Positions 26,355-39,630 of a stretch of 64,000 nt of DNA are shown piece after piece. The notes beneath the pieces were generated by a model that was not told the origin of the DNA, made no database searches, and saw only the letters and a list, made by a program, of their open reading frames with translations. The translations under genes were made by a program, and so were the position numbers. Origin of the DNA: Squalus acanthias (taxonomy: Eukaryota); contig CM059432.1 of NCBI GenBank assembly GCA_030390025.1, forward strand, positions 105,154,001 through 105,218,000, read 5' to 3'. Each line of letters begins with the position of its first letter. Position 1 is the stretch's first letter.

Positions 26355-26985
26355 TGGGCCGGATATTCCGATCCCTACGGGTGGGTACGCGCTGTGTACA
26401 CACCCGTAGGGACATCGGAAATGCCGGTTTCAGGCATGCACAGCACATGCGCTGAAAACCAGCATTTCCGATCTGTAAGGCCTGCTTTTATCAGGATAAG
26501 AGTAGAAAAAAAGTTAAAACATTTTTTTTTCCACTTATTTATCATTTAAAAATACTTTAAAAAAGGTAAGTTTACTTTTAGCCCCGTAAAATACTTTAAT
26601 TACTTTTTCAAATAATAACATTTTTGTTTAAAATACTTAATTTATTGTAATTTCATGTCATTTTAAAAATGTGATTTAAAAAAAAATTTATTTAAAGTTT
26701 TACTATGTTTTTTCATTGATCTCCATTCATATATTTGACAGGTCATCCTGTCAAATGTATGAAGGGAAATTCCCTTCTGTGATTGGCTCCCCATGGCCCA
26801 TGTGATCCCAGGGACGCTGCGAACTACCTGCGCCCCTGGGATACGTGGGCCCTGCGCACTTGCAGTTTGGAGAGGCCCAGCATCGGAACTGTGCGCGTCC
26901 CGGGAGTCCTCAGGTAAGGGCGCAGATTTTTCCAGATCGCAGCCCTCTGCCCGTGGGAGGCCTGCGATCGGAAAAATACAGGCCA
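26355..26985. mobile_element. Harbinger-type MITE
   Basis: Termini GGGCCGGATATTCCGATC...GATCGGAAAAATACAGGCC. A second copy begins at ~63933 and a relative lies at 39868-40605. Confidence 0.8.
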
Positions 26986-27132
26986 TTATAGGGATATATT
27001 TCGAACAAGGAATGCTTTTTTGGACTATAAAATGAAGTAATCCAGTACTATTACCTCACTATGATTTACATTGTATCTTTGTTTTCAAGAATTCTTATTT
27101 CCTGTGCAGAATTGTCATTGTCTATGACCTTT

Positions 27133-28070
27133 TGGGCAGAATTTTAATGTGGAAGGCGGGTTGGGAGCGGGGGGTGGGTGGTGCTGGACTCCGAAGCGGT
27201 CTGGAGAACGGGTTTCCCACAGGCCCTGCCGAATTTAACAGCAGGGCCTGATTTGCATGAGTGGGGGGGGGGGCGGAAGCGATCGGGGTCCGGGACCAGG
27301 AGGAGCACAGGGCCGGGGTGGGGGGGGGGGGGGGGCGGTGTTCTGAAGTGATCGGGGGCCAGAAGGAACACGGAGAACTGGAGGAGCAGGGTGGGGTGGT
27401 GTCTGCAAAGATTGGTGGATGGAGGAGCGGGGGTGGGGTTGGAGGCAGACGACAGCAGAGGGCCAGAGAGCATGGGGTGGGAGACCTCGTGATTGGGAGC
27501 GGAGGCCTGGGAGGGGGGAAAACAAATCGAGCACCCGCCGAAGTGGGTGGAGGAGAAAGAGAAAATCGGAGGCCTCGGGGGCCGGGGGGGGGGGAAATCC
27601 GATGATCAGGGAGCCAGGAGCAGCACAGGATCAGGGGGGAGCCAGAGGAGCACGAAGGGAAATGGAGGCCTAGGGGGATTGGAGGCCTTGTGGGGGAAGT
27701 CTCTGATCGTGGGGGCGGGTTAGTCAGGGATGCTGGATCCAGGAGGTAAATGTAAAGGCAATTACCTCCTGGATCCAGCAGTCCTCACCTTCCATTAGCT
27801 GGAGGGGTTTCACAAGGCCTGGAAGACCGAACCAGCTAAAGTTAAAATCAAAATGGAGGTTAAAGCAGAGGCTTCCAGCCTCATTATAATATTTAAATAG
27901 ACAACCTGCCTCCTGGCAGCGGATTGGCTGCCCGCCCACCATCCTGCCTCTGTTAAAACCGGAAGTGGGCGGGTTGGAGATGGGTTCAGGTCGGGATTCA
28001 GATTTTAAACTGTTTAACTACTCACAAGCTCCCAAATCACCCATGTTTTTTTTTTAGGTTAATATTCCCC
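27133..28070. mobile_element. Harbinger-type non-autonomous element with G-rich interior
   Basis: GGGCAGAATTTT...AATATTCCCC termini. Shares TTAAAACCGGAAGTG.GCGGGTTGGAG with 13580-13812 and, in reverse, 28371-28950. Confidence 0.65.
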
Positions 28071-28370
28071 CCTTTATGTCTGATTGAAAGTCTATTAGCT
28101 AATGCTCCCTTTGTGTGTCTGTTTTGTTCAGAAAACCATGCACTTTGTATATGGCAAAATAGTGACAAATAAAAAAAACTCTGAAAACTTTGAGATGTTA
28201 AATTTTCTATGCAAAGTTCCAACTACCACCCTGCAACAGATACTTACAGGCTGGTAGTCTTAATTCCGATTTCTCTAAACAATTTGCATTTATATAGTGC
28301 CTTTAACATAGATAAATGTTCCAAGGCACTTCAGAGGCATAGTATATTATACAGTTTGCACTGAAGCAAA

Positions 28371-28957
28371 TGGGCTGAATCTTAACTTCCAGAAACGGGT
28401 GGGTTGGGGTCGTGTCAGAGGTTAAAATGCAAAAAAGCTGAACAGGAACCGAACCCACGCACTTCCAGTTTTAACAGAGGCAGGATGAGGGGCAGGTGAC
28501 CAATCCGCTCACGGAAAGCAGATTAGTCATTTAAATAATATAATGAGGCTGCCTGCCTTCATATTAACAGTGATTCTATTTTTAACCACAGGCGACTGGG
28601 TTCCCCAGGCCTCGGGAAACCCGGCAGCTGAAAGCAATCAGGAAGGGCTGAATCCATGAGGTATCTTTACAGCACTGTTTGTGGGCCAGGAGGAGTACTG
28701 CCTCCAGGTCCAACTAGCTTACCAGTAAACACTCCCCCGCGATCTGTCTGGTCCCCACCGCCCCCCTACCTGTTAACAGGCAGTTAATTGGCTCTAATCC
28801 CCTTCCCGCCTCGAGGAGATGGGTCCCTGCGCGACTTGGGGACCTGCCTCCCGGGAAGATGGCACGGAGGCAGGTTGGGAGCGGGGTCGGTACACGCTCC
28901 CAGTTTCTGCCATTTTCCCGGCAGTCCCGCCTCCCCAGGGCTGGGAAAATTCCCCCC
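28371..28957. mobile_element. Harbinger-type non-autonomous element (inverted relative to 27133-28070)
   Basis: GGGCTGAATCTT...AAAATTCCCCCC termini; left part is reverse-complementary to 27740-28050. Confidence 0.65.
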
Positions 28958-28987
28958 ATTGAGTCATTGGGGCTAGCAGCGGAAATA

Positions 28988-29205
28988 AAATGATCATGAA
29001 ACCTGCCAGGATATCCTTCAGGGAAGGAAACTTGCCACCCCTACTCAGTCTGGCCTATAGGTGACTCCAGACCCTAATGCCCTAGCAGCTTATCAAGCCA
29101 CTCCCTTGTTAAAGAAAAATTGCAATTTCAAGGCAGTGGCCCACTATCACTCTTGAAAGGCAACTAGGAATGGGCAATGTAGCCTTGCCACTGTTGCCCA
29201 CATCT
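28988..29205 (+). mobile_element. Degraded SlmI/MetaSINE-like SINE (central domain joined directly to LINE-type tail)
   Basis: TCCTTCAGGGAAGGAAACTTGCC..TCTGGCCTATAGGTGACTCCAGACCC..CAAGCCACTC, then TTCAAGGCAGTGGCCCACTATCAC..AAGGCAACTAGGAATGGGCAAT..CCTTGCCA..GCCCACATC. Confidence 0.65.
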
Positions 29206-30110
29206 GGAGAAAAGAAACTGCTGTATTAGCTGGGTAGCAGTGGGATGTTGAGTCTTCAACATGTAACATAGGATCTGGTAAAAGATTTTTCAGCCTCAGG
29301 ATTCTGATGGCTGTACATTCTCCTGTACGATTGGTTTCACATTATAATCACCTGATTGTGTTGCATCTTTGTAGGAAAACCAGCCTTTTATTCTCAGCAG
29401 CATTAAAGACCAGTCTATTACACTTATAATTTCAGTTACCAGATAACAATGCAGCAGCCACTTATTGCTACTTATTTCAAGAATCACCTAAAACTTTGCT
29501 TTTATATGAAAACCATTAACAGTTATAATAAAGTTTTGCAGTTAAAGGATATTGCAGTAGGGATAATTTTACACAAGTGCTCCTAATGTTAAGACAACAA
29601 GAATATTTTCTAAAAATATCTTTTAAAGCCTAAATTTTAATTTAATTTACAGAAGATACTGGGCTATGAAATCTAATTGTGCTGCAGATGTTTTGCTAGA
29701 CACCACATATAACATTTTGGACACACAGAGCCTAAGAAGAGGAAGATTTCCTCTGTGCGCTAGGTGTAGCAAAATCAAATTCACTTACAAAGTTCAGGTT
29801 TACAACTTTGCTAAACTTACAATAGAGAGGAAATCTTCTAATTCATTTAGGATTTTACTGGTGCAGTATTCAATTTCTGCAATTAAATACCTGTGAATTA
29901 TAGCAGCCCTCAGGGACAAAATTGAAGCACAACACTACACCTTCACTGGAAATTTCACAGGTATTTTCTGACTGCTCCTTTGGAAAAATGAAACCGTAGC
30001 CTTATGCTCAAAGCTGGATACAGCCAACGTCTCATTTTGTTTTCTTGCGTCTCCATTTTGTTGTTGTAATTTTCTGTTTATCTACATGCCTGGCTTTTTT
30101 TGTCTGCACT

Positions 30111-30333
30111 TCATTTGCTACTTAAGAAAGAACACTGGTCTGTTCTTATGTTCCTAAATTCTCTCGCATTTACACTGAAAACATTCAGAAGACGCAAACC
30201 TTTTTTTCCAGGGAGTGAGGGACGGAACAAGAGTGGGAACAGTCTCCAAGCTGTTGTGTTGCATGGCCTGGTGGCTGGTTTAACAGGCACAGCCAGATGC
30301 TCGAGGATAGACCAGCCACACATATCTTTTTGA
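30111..30333 (-). other. Candidate (alternative terminal) exon of an unidentified minus-strand gene
   Basis: Pyrimidine tract plus TAG acceptor at 30334-35, with TGCATG just upstream. Sequence is non-repetitive. Frame and product are not recognised. Confidence 0.3.
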
Positions 30334-31136
30334 CTACAAGTAGCAAGAGCAACATGCAAGAAAAAAAAGGAAAAATAAAATCGGTAGTAAAAACAAATAA
30401 TTTATTTAATTACCCATATATTATACAAGAGAAATATTTTAGCTGAATGCCTAGGGATTCTCCCTCTTACCCTCCCTCCCTAAATAAAATCACCTTAAGG
30501 TTTTAAAAAAATAAATAAAATTCTTTCCTAAAGTTCTGATATAAATGAAAACAAAATCAAGGAACAAAAGAATAGATGAGTGTTTTAAAACCTGGCTTAC
30601 TTCAAACATTCTGCCTCCTGATTTTTAAAATGCAATTGTAGGCTGTTTGCCACCTTCCATTCTCTTAAGGCCAGGAAGGTGGCTATTGAGTTAAATGTGA
30701 ACATCAACATTCTGATCATCCAGTTGGAAGCACAATTCCAACAGTCAGTGTTCCTTCATTCTACCCCAATCGCATTTCAATGGTGCAGTACAGAGTATGC
30801 CTTAATTAGGGTTTTGGTTGAGAACCAAGGAACTCATTCAGCTAAACAGAAGACATTGATATGCAACATGCAATGTTGAGCTCAAACCCTCAACCTTTTA
30901 AATGAATGCTGAATAAACGACTACCTACATTTAAAATATATATTTATACACATCAATACTACATAACACAACACCCTGGTAAAAACACTAACTTTAAGTT
31001 AATGCCTTTCTACCGAATAGCGTAACATTGTGCTTATATAAAAAATAGTTGTAAACTCCTCTCAAAACATAACTCACTGCAGGATATATATATTATATAC
31101 ACACACACACACACATATATTTATCTGTGTATGTTT

Positions 31137-31858
31137 AGAAGCATAGAAAAATAGGAGCAGGCGTAGGCCATTCGGCCCTTCGAGCCTGCTCCACCATTCA
31201 ATATCATGGCTGATCCTCCATCTCAATACCATATTCCCGCTCTCTCCCCATACCCCTTGATGCCTTTTGTGTCTAGAAATCTATCTATCTCCTTCTTAAA
31301 TATATTCAGTGACTTGGCCTCCACAGCCTTCTGTGGTAGAGAATTCCACAGGTTCACCACCCTCTGAGTGAAGAAATTTCTCCTCATCTCAGTCCTAAAT
31401 GTCCTACCCTGTATCCTGAGACTGTCACCCCTCGTTCTAGACCCCCCAGCCAGGGGAAACATCCTCCCTGCATCCAGTCTGTCTAGCCCTGTCAGAATTT
31501 TATACATTTCAATGAGATCCCCTCTCATTCTTCTAAACTCCAGTGAATACAGGCCTAGTCGACCCATTCTCTCCTCATACAACAGTCCTGCCATCCCAGG
31601 AATCAGTCTGGTGAACCTTCGCTGCACTCCCTCTATGGCAAGTATATCCTTTCTTAGGTAAGGAGACCAAAACTGCACATAGTACGCCAGGTGTGGTCTC
31701 ACCAAGGCCCTGTATAACTGTAGTAAGACATCCTTGCTCCTGTACTCAAATCCTCTTGCAATGAAGGCCAACATACCATTTGCCTTCCTAACTGCTTGCT
31801 GCACCTGCATGTTTGCTTTCAGTGACTGGTGTACAAGGACACCCAGGTCCCTCTGTTT
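31137..31858 (-). mobile_element. CR1 3' fragment
   Basis: ORF 31223-31918 has standard CR1 ORF2 C-terminal motifs and tail. Confidence 0.92.
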
Positions 31859-32634
31859 ATACAAGGAAACATACACTGAGAAATAGACATAGACACAGAG
31901 AAATAGACATAGACACAATGAAAATTATCGAGTTCTAGAATTTTGGAATAGTAACTGTAACCAGAATAGTAGAGAACCAATCTACAGAGGTTATGCTGAG
32001 GCTTTGGAATGCACTGTTCAGACCACACTTTTGAATACGGTATAGAATTTTGGTCACCATGCTTCAAAATTGACATATATGTATTAGTGGGGATGCAAAT
32101 AGAAGCAAGAGGGGATAAGGTACGTGGGAAAATTAGAGAAGGTCATGGTTTACAACCTAGATAGAACAAGGTTAAGGAGATTCCTTACCAACACTCACGT
32201 AGCCATCACCTAGAACAGTTCCAACCAACAATTAGCAGCAGCCAGCATCTCAGTTTTGAATTCTGCATTGTCGTTTTAAAGCCGCATGCCCCAATGGTGC
32301 ATCGCCACATCAAACCAGTAACTAAACCATTTCTGCTAAATTATTTGGGGGTTAGGACTAGCATCGAGCTACCCAGACACCCTCTGGTCTGCAACTGATT
32401 CCCTCTCTCTCTTTTCGAAATAAAATAAACCAGGGGGGAGTCTAAGTGCTGGCAGCCATTTCTTCTGCTGAATGGCAGCAGTGAGTGCAGGTAGTTAGTG
32501 TGCTAGCCCTTCAGCCACCCCTCAGGCCATCGGGACCTAGACAACAGTCAAGAGCTGAACACTGCGTCTAATGTCAGAATGCAGTGCCACCCACTGGGAG
32601 ACTGCTTTTCTTCTGCAGAAACTCAGACTGACTC

Positions 32635-32758
32635 TTATTTTGATGATTCATTTTCCAGAGACTGAGTGAAAATAACTAGCAGGATCATGACTGCATGCGC
32701 TCTTTTTGAAGCTTCAATCCCTGGCTGATTGAGAGACCGGCCCAGTTTCTTCCTCTTC
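32635..32758 (-). other. Candidate terminal exon preceded by a ~200-nt polypyrimidine tract
   Basis: Minus strand 32965-32761 is strongly C/T-rich and ends in ACATAG|GAAGAGG. All three frames stop within 125 nt. Gene not identified. Confidence 0.4.
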
Positions 32759-32969
32759 CTATGTAACAGAAAGTAAGTGAAAAAAAAAGTGGTGAAGATG
32801 TAGAAAGAGAAAAACAAAATCAAGCAAGAGAAAGCGAATCTGAACTGAAGATGCGGAGTGTAAGCGCAGTGCAAGAGAGAAACAGAAGATAAGGTGGAGA
32901 GAGGGGACAGTGAAAGAGGAGACAAGTAAAGGAAACGTGTGAAAAACAGAAGTGGAAGAGTATAAAATA

Positions 32970-33682
32970 ACATAATAATTAGGAGCAGGAGTAGGCCATT
33001 CGGCCCCTTGAACCTGCTCCGCCATTCAACAAGATCATGGCTGATCTTTTACTTCAACTCCACCTTCCCGCACTATCCCCATATCCCTTAATTCCCAAAA
33101 ATTTATCGACCTCTATCTTGAATATACTCAACAACTGAGCATCCACAGCTCTCTGGGGTAGAGAATTCCAAAGATTCACAACCCTTTGAGTGAAGAAATT
33201 TCTCCTCATCTCAGTCCTAAATGGCCAACCCCTTATTCTGTGACTGTGACCCTGTGTTCTAGACTCCCCAGCCAGGGGAAACATTTTCCCAGCATTAACC
33301 CTGTCAAGTCCCTTAAGAATTTTATATGTTTCAATGAGATCACCTCTCATTCTTCTAAACTCTAGAGAATATAGGCCTAGTCTACTCAATCTCTCCTCAT
33401 AGGACAATCCCCCCATCCCAGGAACCAGTCTAGTGAACCTTTGGTAAGGAGACCAAAACTGTACACAGTACTCCAGGTGTGGCCTCACCAATGCCCTGTA
33501 TAATTGTAGTAAGACTTCTTTACTCTCATACACCAATCCCTTTGTAACAAAAGCTAACATACCATTTGCTTTCCCAATTGCCTGCTGTAACTGCATGTTA
33601 ACTTTCTGTGATTCATGTACAAGGACACCCAGGTCCCTCTGAATGCAAACATTTCCCAGTCTCTCACCGTTTAAAAAATATT
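32970..33682 (-). mobile_element. CR1 3' fragment with small internal deletion
   Basis: ORF 33054-33596 has CR1 motifs. Confidence 0.92.
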
Positions 33683-34489
33683 GTGTAGAGAGACACTTTC
33701 AGCAAACGTAACACTACTGCCATTTTTAGCTAGAGGGGCTTGAGAGGCTGAAGCTTTTGGAGGTCAGCCAAATAAAGGTTTGAGAATCACTGAATTAGAT
33801 TTGTTCAAAGTTGTGAAGCATAGCAATTGGTTTGAGCAAGTCTTGAGGAAAGGTGTTACTGCCATAATTTTGTCACCTATCAAGATGAATCCAGAATATC
33901 ACTTCAAGGTACATCAGGCAATTAGAACATGAGCAAATAAACTTAAATTAATGAAAAGCACATTTAAAACAGATCTTGGGGAAAAAAAATCTCTACTCAA
34001 AAGAGTGAGAAGCATTTGGAATAATCTACCAGGTGAGGTACTGTAGTCAAAGTGCAGGTGGATGCTAGACATGGGGAGTTAGAAGCAAGCGTGAATGGCT
34101 TTTTCTCACCCTTTCTATTTTTATGTTCTTATGAGTATGGATGTTATACCTTGAAAAGTATTAATAAGATATATTACCATTCATAAACCATTCTGCAAAA
34201 TTGAAAATATTTTATTTCTGAATGCAAAATAATAATACCATTCACAAATGCAGTGAGCCAAGCCAATCTCAGATACTACAAAAATAAATTCAGAAGATAT
34301 TCATTAAAAAAAATGTTTTATGTGGATAAACGAACATGAATGGATAATAGCACTACTAGAATTTTTTTTTTGAACCATGTAAGATTTACAGATAATTCAG
34401 AAGAAAATCTGAGGTTTTAATACAAGGCTTCCAGTGAGATTTAAAAATGGTTCAAGCTTTTCTCCAATTGTAAAAAAAATAAATTTATA

Positions 34490-36558
34490 GGGCTAAAAAT
34501 TCAGGACTTAATGCCACCCATTACTGGCAAAAAGTTGCGTAAAGAGGGCAGCCAGCTGGGGCGGGTTCCACGGCATCCGCCATTTTCCAAGGCCCAGCAG
34601 CGCTGCCGGTAACATCCATCGCCCTGCAAATTGAAATGAAGGAGAACTGACATGCACGCCGAATTAATGTCACCTCGGCGAACGTGGACCTTTGCGCTGA
34701 GTTCAGTGCTGGGTCCTAAGCTCGCTATGTAAACCTAACGTGTAGCAGACTGACAGAGGCGCTGTCAGCACCTCTTAATAGGACACACACATCTTTCAGG
34801 TAAATTTGCATTTAAGCTTTTGGACTGTTTTTTTTTGATTTTATTGAAGTAGTGGAATAGATGTTAAAAGTTTTTTTTTAAGTGTGTAGGGAGTGCTGCT
34901 GGACACTTGCAAGACCTTGGATGGTAAAGGAAGGCCTTGGAGAAGGCAGAAAATGCTGTAAATACTCAGCAGGTCAGGCAACATTCATTGAGAGAGAAAC
35001 AGAGTTCACGTCTCAGCACAAGTTGCTGCTTGACCTGCTGAGTATTTCCAGCATTTTATGCTGCCATTTCAGATTTGCACCATCCAATCGCAGAGGAAAG
35101 AAGACGACGCAGAAGATTAAGAAACTGAAGTGGAGGAAGCAGAAGGAAGGATGCAAACCAAACAGCCAGGATATCCAGGATGGAATCATCCGCCCGCGGT
35201 ACCAGTGACCACAATTCCCCTTTCAACATTTGTCCCATACCTTACCTTCCCTCTGTTACTGACCATCACAGCATCCTCTAGGCCACAATGCTGAAATAAA
35301 AGCCACCACAAAGCAAATTTTCCAATCCAACTTTAAACATCTATCCATCCAATATGACTTCAAGAAATCAACTAATCACCCTTGTGCATTCCCTTAGTGA
35401 CTGTCTTGTGTGTGCCTTTGCCTATCCTACTGATGTCATGCAGTGCTACCCCAGTGGCTACAGCATGGTTGGTGGAAGGCTGCTGACTTTCAGTAGGGGA
35501 CACTGCAGATGGCCTTGCTGGTTGACCTTGAGGAGCTGGTGGCTGGGAATGTGAAATAGAGTGACGGAGTTTCTTCTTTTTCTTCACTCTCCGCTCCCTC
35601 TTCTTGGTCAACCACTGGCTGGGCAGGCTGCATTTCTTGGGTGTGTGAAATGAAGAAGGCACAAGGGTGGAGTTGTGGTGAGGGGAGGGTGGGAAAGCAA
35701 GAGGTGCATGCCATAAGGGGGATAACGTATGAGGATACCAGCATCTTGTATCCTTTCTGCCCCACCGCATGCCAAGGGCTCAGCTATGCCCCTGCCAAGA
35801 ATGGCCTGCACCGTCTCCTCCAAGGGGGTGAGGTGAGGTGAGGCTAGGAATGGGAGGTGTGCCTTGTGATTGGTGCAGATTGTTGGTAGGTGAGTGATTT
35901 GGGGGGGGGGGGGGGGGGGGTGGGGGGGTGGTCGTGCATTGAGCAGTGTGTGAGGCTAGTGATGCAGTTGGTAGGAGACGACTTTTGAAGATGCATTCAC
36001 TGACCTTGACCACTGGTCTGAGGTCATGAAGCTTCTTTGGGCACTGGAGCCAGGTGATGGGGGGCAACACTGCTGGCAGTGATGGCCTCGGTGATGTGGT
36101 CCTATATCGTTCTTTCTGGAGGGCCTCCTGGCCCCTGTGGGTAGAGGACCTCTTGCAGTGTTGACCCCCTGCACAAAGCTGGAGTGCTGCATGCGAGACC
36201 CTGGGTGCCCCTTCCCTGGCTTGTTGAGCCATTTGTGTTAGTGCTGAAGCACTTTTCCCATTTTCTTAGCTGCGGAAGGGAAGACAGCATTAAGAGCTGA
36301 AGACTCCCATTTTTGACTTTTTAATGTTAATTTTTTTTTAAAAAAAGATGGAGCGCTGCTTCTGGACAGCAACTTCACCTTCGATGCCTGCACTAATGTC
36401 ACCAAGAGGGCATTACATGACAAGTTAGCACTGGGCTAAAAATCTTTAGCCCCCAGCGCGAATTTTTCTCTTGTCCCGCTTCGTCCATTTTCAGCGGCCG
36501 TTAACCAGAGGCCACAGTGACACCGGCAACTCTCGTGGCAGCTACAAATCTTTAGCCC
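34490..36558. mobile_element. Harbinger deletion derivative with Myb/SANT-like ORF remnant (-) and transposase C-terminal remnant (+)
   Basis: TIRs GGGCTAAAAAT...ATCTTTAGCCC. Minus strand: MAQQAREGAPRVSHAAL...TWLQCPKKLHDL. Plus strand: ...QDIQDGIIRPRYQ*. The two remnants are convergent. Confidence 0.75.
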
Positions 36559-37329
36559 TTAATCTTTTGGAGGTTCAGTGGCAGCTGTTATAGTCACATC
36601 TACAAATTTATCTTTTAAATGTTATTGACCCTATGTACTGGTGAAAGAATTCCAAATGTTTTCAAAAAAACTCAAACACCGTAAGAGGAGTGTTTAGCTT
36701 GAAACCATTTTATAAAGTGATTGAAGTGTAACTTGATTCAGTACTAAAATTAGCACAATGCGGTAGCGGTAAAAGGAAGTGAACATTTACTTAATGTGCG
36801 GAATGCTCTTAAACTAATGTAGCTAAGAGATCAATTGTAGCATTCAAATTAATCAATAGCATTCAATGAAGTGCTAACTACTCTGTTCAACTGCTCAACA
36901 ACAAAAAACAACTTTTTGGAATTATTGCAAAGCAGAAAAACACTGGAAAATAAAGTGCAAATTTGAGAGCCATATAATACCATCTCCTAGAAATTGCAGT
37001 ACGCCTGAAACCTGCTGGTGCCACTGTGGGCAAAAGTTAACAGCCACCTGAATTCATAGCGCAGGCAACACTGGTATTTTGGTGCTGCCTGCGAACCGTG
37101 CAACCCTCTTTTTCCGGTGCTACTCTCAGCAGGAGGCCCAATGTAGTGTGGCCGTTGTGTCCCTGGAGCGAGGCAGCATTGTCTTAAAGCTAGCCTGACA
37201 TTTTAGAAAGCAGTGTCGGTCCCTTAAAGGGGAACAGCCTTCCAAAACGAAAAAAAAAACATTTCAAAATGGCAGTTTTTAGTCCTTCGAGCTCAACTAC
37301 CTTTTGAAAAAAAAAACTTTAAAAATAAT

Positions 37330-38555
37330 TCCCAAATGGGAGTCTTCAGCTCTTAAAGCTGAATTGTCTTCCGTACCTAAGAAAATGGTAAAAGTGCTTC
37401 AGTACTAACACAAATGGCTCACCAAGCCAGGGAAGGGGCTCCCATGGTCTGGCACGCAGCACTCCAGCTTTGTGCAGGGGGTCAACACTGCAAGAGAGGT
37501 CCTCTACCCACAGGGGCCAAGGAGGCCCTTCAGGAAGAACGATGTGAGACTAGATCACCGAGGCCGTCATTGCCAGCAGAGTTGCCCCCACCACCTGACT
37601 CCAGTGCCCAAGGAAGCTTCATGACCTCAGCCCACTGGTCAAGGTCAGTGAATGCATCTTCAAAAGCCGTCTCCTACCAACTGCATCACTAGCCTCACAC
37701 ACTGCTCAATGCATGACCCCCACCCCCCAACCATCACTCACTTACCAACAATCTACCTTGCCAAGCAGCGGCGATGAAAGGATACAAGATGCTGTTATCC
37801 TCCTCATCACATCCCACTTCCCCTTCATTTCACACTATCTTCTGATTTACAAGGTGCACATGGTGTAAGCATGCAGGCTCTTGCTATCCCACCCTCCCCT
37901 CACCACAACTGTACCCTTGTGCCTTGCTCATTTCACACACCCAAGAGGAGGAGGAGAAGGAGGAGAAGAAACAGTCACTTGATTTGACACTTCCAGCCAC
38001 CAACTCCTCGAGGTCGTCGTGCTAGGGCATTTGCGGTGTCCTCCACTGAAATTCAGCAGCCTTCCACCAGCCATGCTGCAGCCACTGGGGGAGCACTGCA
38101 TGACATCAGTAGGATAGGCAAAGGCATACACAAGACAGTCACTAAGGGAATGGACAAGGGCGATTAGTTGATTTCTTGGTGCCATATTGGATGAATAGAT
38201 GTATAAAGTTGGATTGGAAAATTTGCTTTGTGGTGGCTTATATTTCAGCATTGTGGCCAAGAGGACACTGTGATGGTCAGTAACAGAGGGAAGGTAAGGT
38301 GTGGGGGCAAATGTTGAATGGGGAATTGGGGCTGTGTTCACTGGTACCGCAGGCGGATGATTCCATCCTGGATATCCTGGCCAGAAAGGGGTTGTCTGGG
38401 TTACATCCTTCCTCCTGCTGCATCTTCCTCTGCTGCATCTTCCTCTTCCCTCTGAGTGGATACTGGAAACCTGAAATAAAAGCAGAAAATGCTGGAAATA
38501 CTCAGCAGGTCAGGCAGCATCTCGACCTGAGACGTGAACTCTGTTTCTGTCACCA
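37330..38555 (+). mobile_element. Inverted second copy of the interior of 34490-36558
   Basis: ORF 37414 MAHQAREGAPMVWHAAL; reverse-complement homology to ~34950-36310. Confidence 0.8.
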
Positions 38556-38831
38556 GCTGGGCGGGCTTAACAAGGTCAATCAAGGGAAAATACAGTGGGT
38601 TGACCACAAGTCGATGGAGGCGGGACTACAACCCAAAAAGTGGGAGTCCCGCCTCCATTGACAAAATCCAGCCCAGTGTCTCTGTAGGTCTGCTGCATGC
38701 ACGCTTTTCTGAGCGTGCTTAGAACTCAGCGTTAAGGTCAGCGAAAAGTTTGAAGTTTGCGAACATGGCGTCAAGTCAGCGTTGCAGTGCTCGACAAAGT
38801 TTCTGCTTTCTTCTGTATTGCTTCTCTGTGC

Positions 38832-39238
38832 TAGCCGTGGCTCAGTGCATAGCACTCGTGCCTCTGAGTCAGAAGGTTGTGGGTTCAAGTCCCACTCCAG
38901 AGACTGGAGCACAAAAATCTAGACAGACTGAGGGAGTGCTGCACTGTCGGAGGTGCCGTCTTTCAGATGAGACGTCTGCTCTCTCAGGCGGATGTAAAAG
39001 ATCCCATGGCACTATTTCAAAGAAGAGCAGGGGGACTGTCCCCAGTGTTATGGCCAATATTTAACCCTGAAGATTATTTGGTCATTGCTGTTTGTGGGAG
39101 CTTGCTGAGTGCAAATTGGCTGCCACGTTACCTACATTACAACAGTGACTACACTTCAACAGTATTTTATTGGCTGTAAAGTGCTTTGGGACGTCCGGTG
39201 GTTGTGAAAGGTGCTATATAAATGCAAGTCTTTCTTTC
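38832..39238 (+). mobile_element. DeuSINE (SacSINE1/AmnSINE1-like)
   Basis: tRNA head (GTGGCTCAGT..GGTTCAAGTCC), Deu-domain CTGAGGGAGTGCTGCACTGTCGGAGGTGCCGTCTTTC.GATGAGACG..GTAAAAGATCCCATGGCACTATTTC, and L2-type tail GCTATATAAATGCAAGT(CTTT)n. Confidence 0.9.
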
Positions 39239-39491
39239 TCTGTATATTTCTAAAGAGGTTGAGTGAAAAGCTACCTAGGAAGCCGCCAATTTTCACATCG
39301 ATCTGTCCTCAGCAATGAAGTGGGAGTTTTTCTGGCAAGGTTTAGGCAAGTTCTATAAATTGTCTGATCCTTTTGGAGATTGCCTTGATACTCGGTAGAG
39401 TTTCTCAGCTTCTTTAAACTAAAATCTCGACTGACTAGTTCCAGACTGATTAATGTGACTCATGAAAACCGGCAACGATTAAAACTTGGAG

Positions 39492-39630
39492 CAAAAAGCA
39501 AAATACTGCATATGTTGGAAATCAGAAATTTAAACAGAAAATGTAGGAAACACTCAGCAGGCCAGGCAGCATCTGCGGAGAGAGGAAGGTAATGTTAACG
39601 TTTCAACTCGACGACCTTTCGTCTGAACTG
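39492..39630 (-). mobile_element. Penelope-type terminal fragment with degenerate hammerhead
   Basis: Minus strand GTT-CAGACGA-AAGGTCGTCGAGTT-GAAACGTT-AAC resembles a minimal HHR with a mutated core. The same family appears at 1811-1834, 34948-35075 and 38460-38550. Confidence 0.55.

Noticed and set aside
27144..27723. Pro/Gly-rich ORFs
   Set aside because: Produced by poly-G runs inside a non-autonomous transposon.
31865..31917. Short ~20-bp tandem repeat at a CR1 5' junction
   Set aside because: About 2.5 copies with no spacers, so not CRISPR-like; ordinary junction slippage.
36433..36452. GGGCTAAAAATCTTTAGCCC, resembling two abutted TIRs
   Set aside because: No clear TSD; more simply a subterminal palindromic repeat of the host Harbinger element.
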